DNA of 42,088 nt from Anaerolinea thermophila (GTDB lineage: Bacteria > Chloroflexota > Anaerolineae > Anaerolineales > Villigracilaceae), in NCBI GenBank assembly GCA_020722305.1, contig DYLB01000001.1:1668-43755 (forward strand), written 5' to 3'. Each line of letters opens with the position of its first letter. The first letter of the stretch is position 1. The notes under the pieces were generated by a model, which was not told the origin of the DNA, did no database searches, and worked only from the letters and a program-made list of their open reading frames with translations. Position numbers and translations under genes: made by a program. Of this stretch, positions 10,374-18,730 are shown one piece after another.

Positions 10374-10485
10374 AAGACGTATAATCGAATGCGGATGATT
10401 TCCGTAAAGGTGGTTCTGCGGAGGCCGGCGCGGAATTTTCCGGATTTTCTTGCAGAACCGATAAGTTTTTATAAGAGGAGAAAGC

Positions 10486-11064
10486 ATGAATAAAAAAGTC
10501 TTTTTTGCACTCGCCATCCTGTCCATTCTTGCGATGACATTCGCATCTGCCGCGGCCCCGGCCAAAACCGCCACCTATGCGGGAGCACAATTCATCCAGG
10601 GAAAGGGGCTGGTGCTGACCTTCAACGTGAGCGGCAATTTCAGCACTGGCGAGTTGAAAGGCAGCATTTACGTCTATGGTGAAAAATCCTACCAGATGAA
10701 CTGTTACTACAAAGACAACACCGACAACACCGTGCTGGGTTGTGTGGCCCCCGACAAGCTCAAGATGTTCGCCGGCAAGGGCGCGGTCGCCCGCTTCAGT
10801 GATTTCGGCTTTTACATCACCATCCCCGACACTGGCTTCTACTGCAACGGGAGCGAGATCTTCTATGCCATCGGCCGCGTCACCCTGGCCAACGGAACGG
10901 TCGATAATTGGGAATACCCGTACGACTACCCTCCTTTTGGGAACGGCCCCGATGTAGCAGGCAAGATGAAGGCCTACGACAGGACTTATTACCAATCCCT
11001 GGGGCAGCAAGTGGTGGACTGGGACTTCATCTTCGAAGGCTGCAAAGACACACTCTCACCCTGA
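10486..11064 (+). CDS. Secreted hypothetical protein (signal peptide, 4 Cys)
   Basis: 192 aa, with RBS AAGAGGAG and the N-terminus MNKKVFFALAILSILAMTFASAAAPAKT. I recognise no family. The gene is visibly more A/T-rich than its neighbours. Confidence 0.8.
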   Translation: MNKKVFFALAILSILAMTFASAAAPAKTATYAGAQFIQGKGLVLTFNVSGNFSTGELKGSIYVYGEKSYQMNCYYKDNTDNTVLGCVAPDKLKMFAGKGAVARFSDFGFYITIPDTGFYCNGSEIFYAIGRVTLANGTVDNWEYPYDYPPFGNGPDVAGKMKAYDRTYYQSLGQQVVDWDFIFEGCKDTLSP

Positions 11065-11098
11065 CCCCATAACATCCCTGCCCTGGCGCACAAATAAC

Positions 11099-11140
11099 AC
11101 GCCGCCTGGTTCGTTTGAACCGGGCGGCGAATTTTTATTT
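11099..11140. terminator. Bidirectional intrinsic terminator between convergent genes
   Basis: CGCCGCCTGGTTC-GTTT-GAACCGGGCGGCG, a 13-bp stem with one G.T pair. It is followed by AATTTTTATTT and preceded by an A-rich run. Confidence 0.7.
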
Positions 11141-11148
11141 CAGGAAGT

Positions 11149-12045
11149 TTAGCGGTCGGGCAGCGGGTAGCGGAAGTCGTAGATCCCCTCCCGGATGGCC
11201 CATTTTTTGCCGCAGCCGCCGCACCGAAGATGGTCAGCCTTTTCATCCAGCCCGGCGTGACCGCAATCCGGGCATTTGAAGAATGCGCCTTCCACGGCCT
11301 GGACGGCCTTCCCGGCCGCGCGGGCGCTCAGGAAAACGCTGGGGGTCAACTGCCACAGTTCTCCGGTCCACTGGGCGAGCGAATCGAAGAAGACCAGGAT
11401 CGGGGTCGGGACCAGGCGCTTGAACAGCCCCATGCGGAAATGGGAGACGGTCAACGTCTTCTCGACTCGGAAGCCGATCTCCGTCAACCAGTTTCGCACC
11501 GTTCCGGGATGGAAGTCGAAATTCAACTCAACGAATTCGACCGGCTCGGGCGCGAACGGATTCCAGCCCTGACGGTGCAGCAGCCAGCGCAGGATGGCTT
11601 TCAAGTTCTGCTTGTTGGCAAATTCCAGGACGAAAACCGCCCCGAACCGCAGCACATTGCGCACCTGTGCCAGCGCCCTGGGCGCGTCGGCCATGTGGTG
11701 CAGGGTGCGGATCATGGTCGCGCCGTCGAACAGGCCGTCCACGAAGGGCAGGCGGTAGATGTCCGCGGCGACGTAGATGTACTTCTCCGAATCGCCCAAC
11801 CGCTGCCGGGCCTGGGCCAGTTGCGTGGTGGAATAGTCGAGCAGCACAACGCGCTCGAAGCCGTTGTAACGCGGGGTGTTGCGGCCGGCGCCAGCGCCCA
11901 ATTCGAGCATCAACTGGCCGCCGGGCGGCAGCAGGCGCTTGAGCGCAATCGCTTCGACGCGGTCTTCGTACTCGCGCTCGCCCCGATCCCAGAACACGGC
12001 CTGGTAATCGGAGCCTTCGTAATCGCAAACGGGAGGAGTAGTCAT
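11149..12045 (-). CDS. Class I SAM-dependent methyltransferase with a C-terminal Trm112-like zinc ribbon
   Basis: 298 aa. The SAM motif is LMLELGAGAGRN, and the C-terminus reads CPDCGHAGL...LRCGGCGKKWAIREGIYDF. Confidence 0.8.
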   Translation of the reverse strand: MTTPPVCDYEGSDYQAVFWDRGEREYEDRVEAIALKRLLPPGGQLMLELGAGAGRNTPRYNGFERVVLLDYSTTQLAQARQRLGDSEKYIYVAADIYRLPFVDGLFDGATMIRTLHHMADAPRALAQVRNVLRFGAVFVLEFANKQNLKAILRWLLHRQGWNPFAPEPVEFVELNFDFHPGTVRNWLTEIGFRVEKTLTVSHFRMGLFKRLVPTPILVFFDSLAQWTGELWQLTPSVFLSARAAGKAVQAVEGAFFKCPDCGHAGLDEKADHLRCGGCGKKWAIREGIYDFRYPLPDR

Positions 12046-12067
12046 CTGGTCTATCGGTCGGGTGGTC

Positions 12068-12100
12068 GCGTAGTCTTAGTCACTTAGTCACGTAGTCTGT
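12068..12100. repeat. Short TAGTC(AC) simple repeat in the intergenic spacer
   Basis: TAGTC occurs at 12071, 12077, 12085 and 12093. Confidence 0.7.
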
Positions 12101-12127
12101 TGGCCACCGGGCCACGCGACGACCGGG

Positions 12128-13435
12128 CTAATCTACTTCGTATCCGCGACCGACACCGCGATAGTTGAAGCCCAGGCCCTTCATCGTTGCAGGATCGTAG
12201 ATGTTGCGCCCGTCGAAGATGACCGGGGTCTTGAGCGCCTCTTTGATCTTCGTCAAGTCGAGCTGCTTGAACTCGTTCCACTCGGTGATCACCATCAGCG
12301 CGTCGCAGCCTTCGGCCATCGTGTACGCGTCCTCGAACATCTGCACCGCCGGGAGGATGCCGCGCGCCACCTCCATCGCAATCGGGTCGTAAGCGCGGAC
12401 GGTCGCCCCGGCTGCGGTCAGGGATTGGGCAATCTCAATCGAGGGGGCGTCACGCATGTCGTCGGTGTTGGGCTTGAAAGCCAGACCCAGCAGGCCAATC
12501 GTCTTGCCTTTCAAGCCGCCGACCATCGCCTCCACGTTATCCACCGCAGACTTGCGCTGGTCGTAGTTGACGCCCATGACCGCGTTCAGGATGCGCGGTT
12601 CCAACCCGTGTTCCTCGGCCATATAGGCCAGCGCCAGCACGTCTTTGGGGAAGCACGACCCACCCCAGCCGAGACCCGCATCCAGGAACATCGGGCCGAT
12701 GCGCTTGTCCTGGCCCATGCCGACGGCCACCTCTTTCACATCCGCGCCGAGAGCCTCGCAGATCTGGGCCACTTCGTTCATGAACGAGATCTTGGTCGCC
12801 AGGAAGGCGTTGGAGGCGTACTTGATCATTTCCGCCGTGCGCAGGTCGGTGATGATGATCGGGGCGCGCAGCGGCAGGTGCAGCCGGGCCACCTTCTCGG
12901 CGGCTTCGTGATCGAGCGAGCCGAGCACCGTGCGGTGCGGATTCATGAAATCCGCAATGGCCGAACCCTCGCGCAGGAATTCAGGACACGAGACGACCGA
13001 AAAGTCCACCGGCTTGGGCTGGGCCTTCCTCACGATATCGGCCACCCAGTCCCCCGTCCCGACCGGCACGGTGGATTTGTTGATGATGATCAGCGGTTCG
13101 GTCATCGTTTCGGCAATCGAACGGGCCGCGGCCGCCACGTATTGCAAATCCGCTTCACCGTTGACCCCGGAGGGCGTGCCTACAGCGATGAAAGCGTACT
13201 CGGTGCCCTGCATGGCCTCGGCATACGAGGTGGTGAAAGTCAGCCGCCCGGCGCGCACGTTGCGCTCGACCAGTTCCTCCAGGCCGGGTTCGTAGATGGG
13301 CATCATGCCCTTTTTCAGCCCCTCGATGCGCTGTTCGTTGACATCCAGGGCGATCACCCGGTTACCCAGGTCGGCAAAACAGGCGCCGGTCACCAATCCA
13401 ACGTAACCGACACCAACAACACAGATTTGTTTCAT
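12128..13435 (-). CDS. ugd: UDP-glucose 6-dehydrogenase family (UDP-sugar 6-dehydrogenase)
   Basis: 435 aa with [25 protein letters not shown] (Rossmann fold), a catalytic Cys region GGSCFPKD, and the C-terminal UDP-binding domain. Confidence 0.92.
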   Translation of the reverse strand: MKQICVVGVGYVGLVTGACFADLGNRVIALDVNEQRIEGLKKGMMPIYEPGLEELVERNVRAGRLTFTTSYAEAMQGTEYAFIAVGTPSGVNGEADLQYVAAAARSIAETMTEPLIIINKSTVPVGTGDWVADIVRKAQPKPVDFSVVSCPEFLREGSAIADFMNPHRTVLGSLDHEAAEKVARLHLPLRAPIIITDLRTAEMIKYASNAFLATKISFMNEVAQICEALGADVKEVAVGMGQDKRIGPMFLDAGLGWGGSCFPKDVLALAYMAEEHGLEPRILNAVMGVNYDQRKSAVDNVEAMVGGLKGKTIGLLGLAFKPNTDDMRDAPSIEIAQSLTAAGATVRAYDPIAMEVARGILPAVQMFEDAYTMAEGCDALMVITEWNEFKQLDLTKIKEALKTPVIFDGRNIYDPATMKGLGFNYRGVGRGYEVD

Positions 13436-13511
13436 AGTTTCCTCATGCGATGCAATAAGTGTTTACGACAATCCGGCTTAATATACCATCAAACTCCCCG
13501 TCCCCGGCAAC

Positions 13512-13540
13512 TTGGCAGCCGCCCTCTTTGTTGGTATATT
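13512..13540 (+). promoter_or_regulatory. Candidate promoter giving a leaderless transcript for the GT4 gene
   Basis: TTGGCA (13512-13517), a 17-nt spacer, then TATATT (13535-13540). The ATG at 13548 lies 7 nt after the -10 box and has no SD sequence. Confidence 0.5.
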
Positions 13541-13547
13541 CGTCCCG

Positions 13548-14753
13548 ATGCATCTCCTTTTTGTGGCCGACGGCCGCTCCCCGATCGCTTTGAATTGGAT
13601 CGAATATTGGACGAAACGCGGCGACGAGGTCCACCTGGCCTCGACCTTCGCCTGCTCCCCACCCCTCCCGCTGCGGGGCCTGGACTTTGTGCCAGTGGCC
13701 TTCAGCGGAGCCGGGTCGGCCCCCGGCGCGGATTCCGCCAAAAGCCCAAACCGACTGAAGCCGGCACTCCAACGCCCGGCCTTCATCAACCTGCGCGCCG
13801 CCGTCCGCCACTGGCTGGGACCGCTGACCCTCCCCCGCTCGGCGCGGCGGCTGGCGGAGATCATCCGGCGCGTGAAGCCGGACCTCGTCCATGCCCTGCG
13901 CCTGCCCTACGAGGGGATGCTGGCCACCGAGGCCATCCGCCGGTTGGGGAGCGGCGTTCCTTTGCTGGTTTCCATCTGGGGCAACGACTTCACCCTGCAC
14001 GCCCCCAGCACCCCGCTGATGGGAATCTACACCCGGCGCGCCATGCAAACCGCGGCCGCCCTGCACGCCGATTGCCAGCGCGACGTCCGCCTGGCGCAGC
14101 TTTGGGACTTCGACCCGGGCAAGCCGGCCATCGTCCTGCCCGGCAACGGCGGCCTGGATCTGACCCTCTTCCACCCGCCAGTTGAGCGCGACCCGGCCGC
14201 GGCGGCGTGGGTCGTCAACCCGCGCGGCTTTCGGGCTTACGTGCGTAACGATACCTTCTTCAAGGCCATCCCGCTGGTGCTGGAACGCAAGCCTGAGACC
14301 CGATTTGCCTGCCCGGCGATGGAAGGGGAAGCCGAGGCCGAAAAATGGCTGGCCCAGCTCGGCATCGCCCATTCGGTGATGCTCCTGCCCAAACTGTCCC
14401 GCCCCGAGCTGGCCGGCCTGTTCCGCACGGCGCAGGTGGTCGTTTCGCCCAGCACCCACGACGGCACACCCAATTCGCTGATTGAGGCCATGGCCTGCGG
14501 CTGTTTCCCTGTGGCCGGGGATTTGGATTCGATCCGCGAGTGGATCACCCCCGGCGTCAACGGGCTGCTGGTGGACCCGGACGACCCGTCAGCATTGGCC
14601 GAGGCGATATTGTCAGGGCTGGAAAATGCCGAACTGCGGGAGCAGGCCCAAAGTCACAACGCCGCCCTGCTGGCCGAACGGGCCGAGTACGGGACTTGCA
14701 TGTCCAGGGCCGCAGAGTTCTATCAAAAAATAGTGGAGTCGAAAGTCTCCTGA
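13548..14753 (+). CDS. Glycosyltransferase family 4 (GT-B fold)
   Basis: It has the C-terminal GT1/GT4 signature VSPSTHDGTPNSLIEAMACGCFPVAGD. I prefer the start at MHLLFVADGRSP over the TTG at 13512. Confidence 0.85.
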   Translation: MHLLFVADGRSPIALNWIEYWTKRGDEVHLASTFACSPPLPLRGLDFVPVAFSGAGSAPGADSAKSPNRLKPALQRPAFINLRAAVRHWLGPLTLPRSARRLAEIIRRVKPDLVHALRLPYEGMLATEAIRRLGSGVPLLVSIWGNDFTLHAPSTPLMGIYTRRAMQTAAALHADCQRDVRLAQLWDFDPGKPAIVLPGNGGLDLTLFHPPVERDPAAAAWVVNPRGFRAYVRNDTFFKAIPLVLERKPETRFACPAMEGEAEAEKWLAQLGIAHSVMLLPKLSRPELAGLFRTAQVVVSPSTHDGTPNSLIEAMACGCFPVAGDLDSIREWITPGVNGLLVDPDDPSALAEAILSGLENAELREQAQSHNAALLAERAEYGTCMSRAAEFYQKIVESKVS

Positions 14754-14822
14754 CTTTTGACAGCAGCTCCAAAGCCTGGAGACCCTTCCCCAAGCTCAGG
14801 GCAGGTTTTGGAGTCATCAACA

Positions 14823-14942
14823 CGTAACGCGGCATTCCCTTCGGCTTTGCTCAGGGCAAGCATGCCGCAACCAAACGGCGACATAAATGTCGCGCTACAA
14901 CATTTGCGCGGACGATGCAAATGTTGCGCGGTAATACTATAC
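14823..14942. repeat. Modular hairpin-rich intergenic repeat, copy A
   Basis: It shares CGTAACGCGGCATTCCCTTCGGCTTTGCTCAGGGCAAGCATGCCGCAACCAAA with 18491 onward, and ...TTGCGCGGTAATACT with 21680 onward. It has several internal stems, such as GCGGCAT/ATGCCGC and GCGACAT/ATGTCGC. Confidence 0.85.
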
Positions 14943-14943
14943 A

Positions 14944-14976
14944 AACTCCCCGACTGGTCGGACCCATCGGGGAGTT
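14944..14976. terminator. Hairpin between the convergent GT4 and ytxH genes
   Basis: The stem is a perfect 10 bp, AACTCCCCGA / TCGGGGAGTT, with a 13-nt loop and no strong T-run. Confidence 0.4.
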
Positions 14977-15002
14977 ACGCACTACGAAACACACAACACG
15001 CA

Positions 15003-15218
15003 TCACTCTCTCGGCGCTCGCAGCGTCTCCAACCGCTCCCGCAGTTCGATCTGGCGCGTGGTGGCCGCGTTCTTGACTTCGGACGTGAAAGAGGCCGCCC
15101 GCTGGCGCAGCGCGGCGCGCAACTGTTCACCGGATTCGGGGGCCAGGAGCAGGGCGATGGTTGCACCGACCAGGCCGCCGACAAATGTGCCAATCAAAAA
15201 GCCAAACATTTTACGCAT
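15003..15218 (-). CDS. YtxH domain-containing small membrane-associated protein
   Basis: MRKMFGFLIGTFVGGLVGATIALLLAPESGEQLR... is a typical YtxH N-terminus. An AGGAGA RBS precedes the ATG at 15218. Confidence 0.8.
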   Translation of the reverse strand: MRKMFGFLIGTFVGGLVGATIALLLAPESGEQLRAALRQRAASFTSEVKNAATTRQIELRERLETLRAPRE

Positions 15219-15419
15219 GGGATTCTCCTGATGAAAATGGGTGAGATGAAGGGCTAAGACCATTATAGATTAAAAAAGGCATTGCCGCAATCGGGCTTTT
15301 GTGGAATAATCAATTTTGCCGCAGGTATCCATGCGAGCCTGACGGCGTGTAAAAAAACCCTTTTCCCCTGTGGCCTCCGGCGACGCCGGAACGGCTCCTA
15401 CCTTCCGAAGGAGGATACC

Positions 15420-16304
15420 TTGTCCACGATTTCCCCTGAAATCACTGTCACGCCGCGTAAGAAAGTGACCACGCTGACCCTGCGCCAGATGAAGGCGCGC
15501 GGCGAGGTCATCACCATGCTGACCGCCTACGACTATCCCACCGCCCTGGCGATGGAGCAGGCCGGGGTGGATGCGATCTTGGTGGGCGATTCGCTCGGCA
15601 TGGTCGTGCTCGGCTACCCCAACACCCTGCCGGTCACGATGGAGGACATGCTCCATCACTGCAAAGCAGTGGCGCGCGGCGCCAAAACCGCCCTGCTGAT
15701 CGGCGATATGCCTTTCATGTCGTACCAGGTGGAGGCGAAAGAGGCGGTCCGCAATGCCGGGCGCTTCCTGCAAGAGGCCGGGATGGACGCGGTCAAGCTC
15801 GAAGGCGGGCGCGAACGGGTCGAGGCGATCCGGCTGATCGTCGGAGCGGGCATCCCGGTCATGGGTCACCTGGGCCTGACGCCGCAATCGGTCAACCAGC
15901 TCGGCGGGTTCCGCCCCCAGGGCCGCGACCTGGCCGCCGCCAAACGCCTGCTCGAAGACGCCCTGCTGCTCGAAGAAGCCGGCTGCTTCAGCTTGGTGCT
16001 CGAATCGGTCCCGGCCCGGCTGGCCGAATTCATTTCGGACAAGCTCAGCATCCCGACCATCGGTATCGGGGCGGGCGCGGGCTGCGACGGGCAGGTGCTG
16101 GTCACTCACGACCTGTTGGGCCTGTTCGACCGCTTCACACCCAAATTCGTCAAGAAATATGCCAACTTCCACGACGAAATGCGCCGCGCCTTCGAGGATT
16201 ACATCGCCGAGGTGCAGAGCAGCCAGTTCCCGGCCCCGGAGCATACCGTCGAGATGGCGGATGAGGTATGGGAAGAATTCTTGAAAGGCAACGGAGGCAG
16301 ATAG
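15420..16304 (+). CDS. panB: 3-methyl-2-oxobutanoate hydroxymethyltransferase
   Basis: It contains ITMLTAYDYPTALAMEQAGVDAILVGDSLGMVVLGY and VKLEGG. The likely start is the TTG at 15420, after GAAGGAGG. Confidence 0.93.
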   Translation: MSTISPEITVTPRKKVTTLTLRQMKARGEVITMLTAYDYPTALAMEQAGVDAILVGDSLGMVVLGYPNTLPVTMEDMLHHCKAVARGAKTALLIGDMPFMSYQVEAKEAVRNAGRFLQEAGMDAVKLEGGRERVEAIRLIVGAGIPVMGHLGLTPQSVNQLGGFRPQGRDLAAAKRLLEDALLLEEAGCFSLVLESVPARLAEFISDKLSIPTIGIGAGAGCDGQVLVTHDLLGLFDRFTPKFVKKYANFHDEMRRAFEDYIAEVQSSQFPAPEHTVEMADEVWEEFLKGNGGR

Positions 16305-16353
16305 ACAGGGAACGCGTCTACGTGTGTACCTGCCTACCTCCCTTGAGACAACC

Positions 16354-17277
16354 ATGAATCAACTCCCCATCCTTATCGTCGGCACCGGGGCGCTGGCCAG
16401 TCTGTTCGCCGTGCGCCTGAGCGCGGCCGGGACGCCGGTGACCATGCTCGGCAGCTGGCGCGCGGCCCTGGAGTCCATCCGCCGCGAGGGAGTGCGCATG
16501 ACCGACGGACGGCGCGAGCAAGCCTACCGGGTGCGGGTGACGGACGATCCCGCCGACTGCGCCGGGGCGCGCTTTGCCCTGGTGCTGGTCAAATCCTGGC
16601 AGACGGAGCGCGCCGCCCGTCAACTGGCCGAATGCCTGGGCGCCGACGGGCTGGCCGTCACGCTCCAGAACGGGCTTGGTAACCGGGAGACCCTCGCGGG
16701 GACCCTGGGGCTGCCGCGGGTAGCCCTGGGCGTGACCACCACCGGCGCGACCCTGCTCGGGCCGGGACTGGTGCGCGTCGGGGGCGAGGGAAACGTGTCC
16801 ATCGAGGCGCATGCCCGCCTGTCCCCGCTGGATGCGTGGCTGCGGGAGGCCGGGTTCAACGTCCAGACCGTCCCGGATGCGCGCGCCCTGGTCTGGAGCA
16901 AACTGGTCATCAACGCCGCCATCAACCCGCTCACCGCCGTGTTACGCGTCCCCAACGGCGCGCTGCTTCAGCATCCGGCGGCCCGGGCGCTGATGGGCGA
17001 CCTGGCGCGTGAGACCGCCGAAGTTGCCACGGCCGAGGGCGTTCATCTGTCCTTCTCCAATCCCCTGGCCGCGGCCGAAGACGTGGCTCGGCGGACAGCT
17101 GCCAACCACTCGTCCATGTTCCAGGATGTAAAGCGCGGCGCCCCGACCGAGATAGACGCCATCTGCGGGGCAGTGACGCGCACCGGCGAGAAACACCGCC
17201 TCCCCACCCCGGTCAACCGGGTCTTCTGGCACCTAGTGCAGGCTATTGTCCATAACCGCCAGCTGCAGCCGGCCTGA
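16354..17277 (+). CDS. panE: 2-dehydropantoate 2-reductase
   Basis: The N-terminal Rossmann motif is ILIVGTGALASLFA, followed by an ApbA/PanE-like core (NAAINPLTA, SSMFQD). It is adjacent to panB. Confidence 0.88.
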   Translation: MNQLPILIVGTGALASLFAVRLSAAGTPVTMLGSWRAALESIRREGVRMTDGRREQAYRVRVTDDPADCAGARFALVLVKSWQTERAARQLAECLGADGLAVTLQNGLGNRETLAGTLGLPRVALGVTTTGATLLGPGLVRVGGEGNVSIEAHARLSPLDAWLREAGFNVQTVPDARALVWSKLVINAAINPLTAVLRVPNGALLQHPAARALMGDLARETAEVATAEGVHLSFSNPLAAAEDVARRTAANHSSMFQDVKRGAPTEIDAICGAVTRTGEKHRLPTPVNRVFWHLVQAIVHNRQLQPA

Positions 17278-17379
17278 CCCGGCGGTAAAAGTCACGCCAA
17301 AAGTGTGACCAGCGGCAGGCTGCCGTTTACTTTCAGACATGGTAAGATATGGACAATTACCGATTATCGGAGGCTTACC

Positions 17380-18282
17380 ATGCCCAAATGGTCAACCACC
17401 CTTCTTTCTCTTATTGTGATGGGGACCCTGGCTGCCCTGGCAGTCCCGGTGCGGGCGCAGGACACGGTGACATTTTCCAGCGTGGATGTGAGCATCCTGC
17501 CCGAATACGACCGGCCCAGCGTGCTGGTGATCTATGATTTCATCGCGCCGCAGACCGCGACATTCCCGTTCGACGTTTCCATCCGCATCCCGGAGAACGC
17601 GGACCTGCTGGCCGTCGCCTACCTGGACAACGGGAATTTCTTGAATACACCCTACGATGCCACCCAGGTCGCCAACGGCTGGCGCTCGGTCAGGTTTACC
17701 ATCGAAAACCCGGCCGGCTACCGCATCGAATACTACGACGACTACAAAAAGAATGGCACTACACGCACTTATCACTACGAATGGGCTGGAGATGCGGAAG
17801 TGTTGAGCTTCCAATTGACCTTCCTGCAGCCGCGAGGGGCCAAGAACACCGTCACCGACCCGGACCTCGGGAGCGGGATCATGAACGCTGAGGGGTTGAC
17901 CGAGTACGGGACCCAGTTCACCAACCTGGCGGGCGGGCAAACCATCAGCCTCGACATCCAATACGAAAAGACCAACGATGACCTGACCGTTACCGGTTCC
18001 CCCGTCCAGCCGACGACCCCGCTCACGACCGAATCCGGCGGGCTGAACCTGAACAACATCCTGCCCTGGATCTTGGGAGGCGTGGGCGCGCTGTTGATCG
18101 TCGGCGGGATCGTTTACTTCCGCATGTCGGGCCAGCAGACGGCGGACCCCTCCCGCAAACGACACGCGCCGGTTCAGGCCGATGAGTCCGGCGAGGGCAG
18201 CATTTATTGTCACGAATGCGGGACGCGCGCCCAACCCAGCGACCGTTTCTGCCGGGCCTGCGGTACGCGTTTGAGAACCTGA
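17380..18282 (+). CDS. Membrane-anchored hypothetical protein: signal peptide, beta-rich ectodomain, one TM helix and a cytoplasmic zinc ribbon
   Basis: RBS GGAGG. The signal peptide is MPKWSTTLLSLIVMGTLAALAVPVRAQD, the TM helix is ILPWILGGVGALLIVGGIVYF, and the C-terminus is CHECGTRAQPSDRFCRACG. Confidence 0.8.
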   Translation: MPKWSTTLLSLIVMGTLAALAVPVRAQDTVTFSSVDVSILPEYDRPSVLVIYDFIAPQTATFPFDVSIRIPENADLLAVAYLDNGNFLNTPYDATQVANGWRSVRFTIENPAGYRIEYYDDYKKNGTTRTYHYEWAGDAEVLSFQLTFLQPRGAKNTVTDPDLGSGIMNAEGLTEYGTQFTNLAGGQTISLDIQYEKTNDDLTVTGSPVQPTTPLTTESGGLNLNNILPWILGGVGALLIVGGIVYFRMSGQQTADPSRKRHAPVQADESGEGSIYCHECGTRAQPSDRFCRACGTRLRT

Positions 18283-18490
18283 GTCTGTCCTGCGACTGGC
18301 GCACAGGGGGGCGCGTCATGCACATACCGTTCATCGTCCAAATCTACTTCTTCTACGACCCGGCATTCTTTTGCATGGGCCTGATCGTGGTTATAGCAGG
18401 CAGGCGGGCCTCGGACGAATCTCATCCTGGCACATGACATTTGTAAACAGTGCTTTTCAGTCTCTCTTAATCTAATTACATGAAAATATG

Positions 18491-18680
18491 CGTAGCGCGG
18501 CATTCCCTTCGGCTTTGCTCAGGGCAAGCATTCCGCAGCCAAAGGCGATATAGCTATCGCACTACAAAATCTTCGCGGTGGCGACAGAGTTTCGATGGTA
18601 ATACAGCCGCAGCCGAACGTAGGGCCGACCAGGGTCGGCCCTGCCAGGCGGTACGATTGCCAGATAAGATTTGCGCCCAT
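18491..18680. repeat. Modular hairpin-rich intergenic repeat, copy B (upstream of ccmE)
   Basis: Module 1 is almost identical to copy A. The later module GGGCCGACCAGGGTCGGCCCTGCCAGGCGGTACGATTGCCAGATAAGATTTGCGC matches copy C. Confidence 0.85.
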
Positions 18681-18730
18681 AAGGCAAAGGTTGAACGGAA
18701 ATACGATATCTCACCATCTGGAGGATTAAC

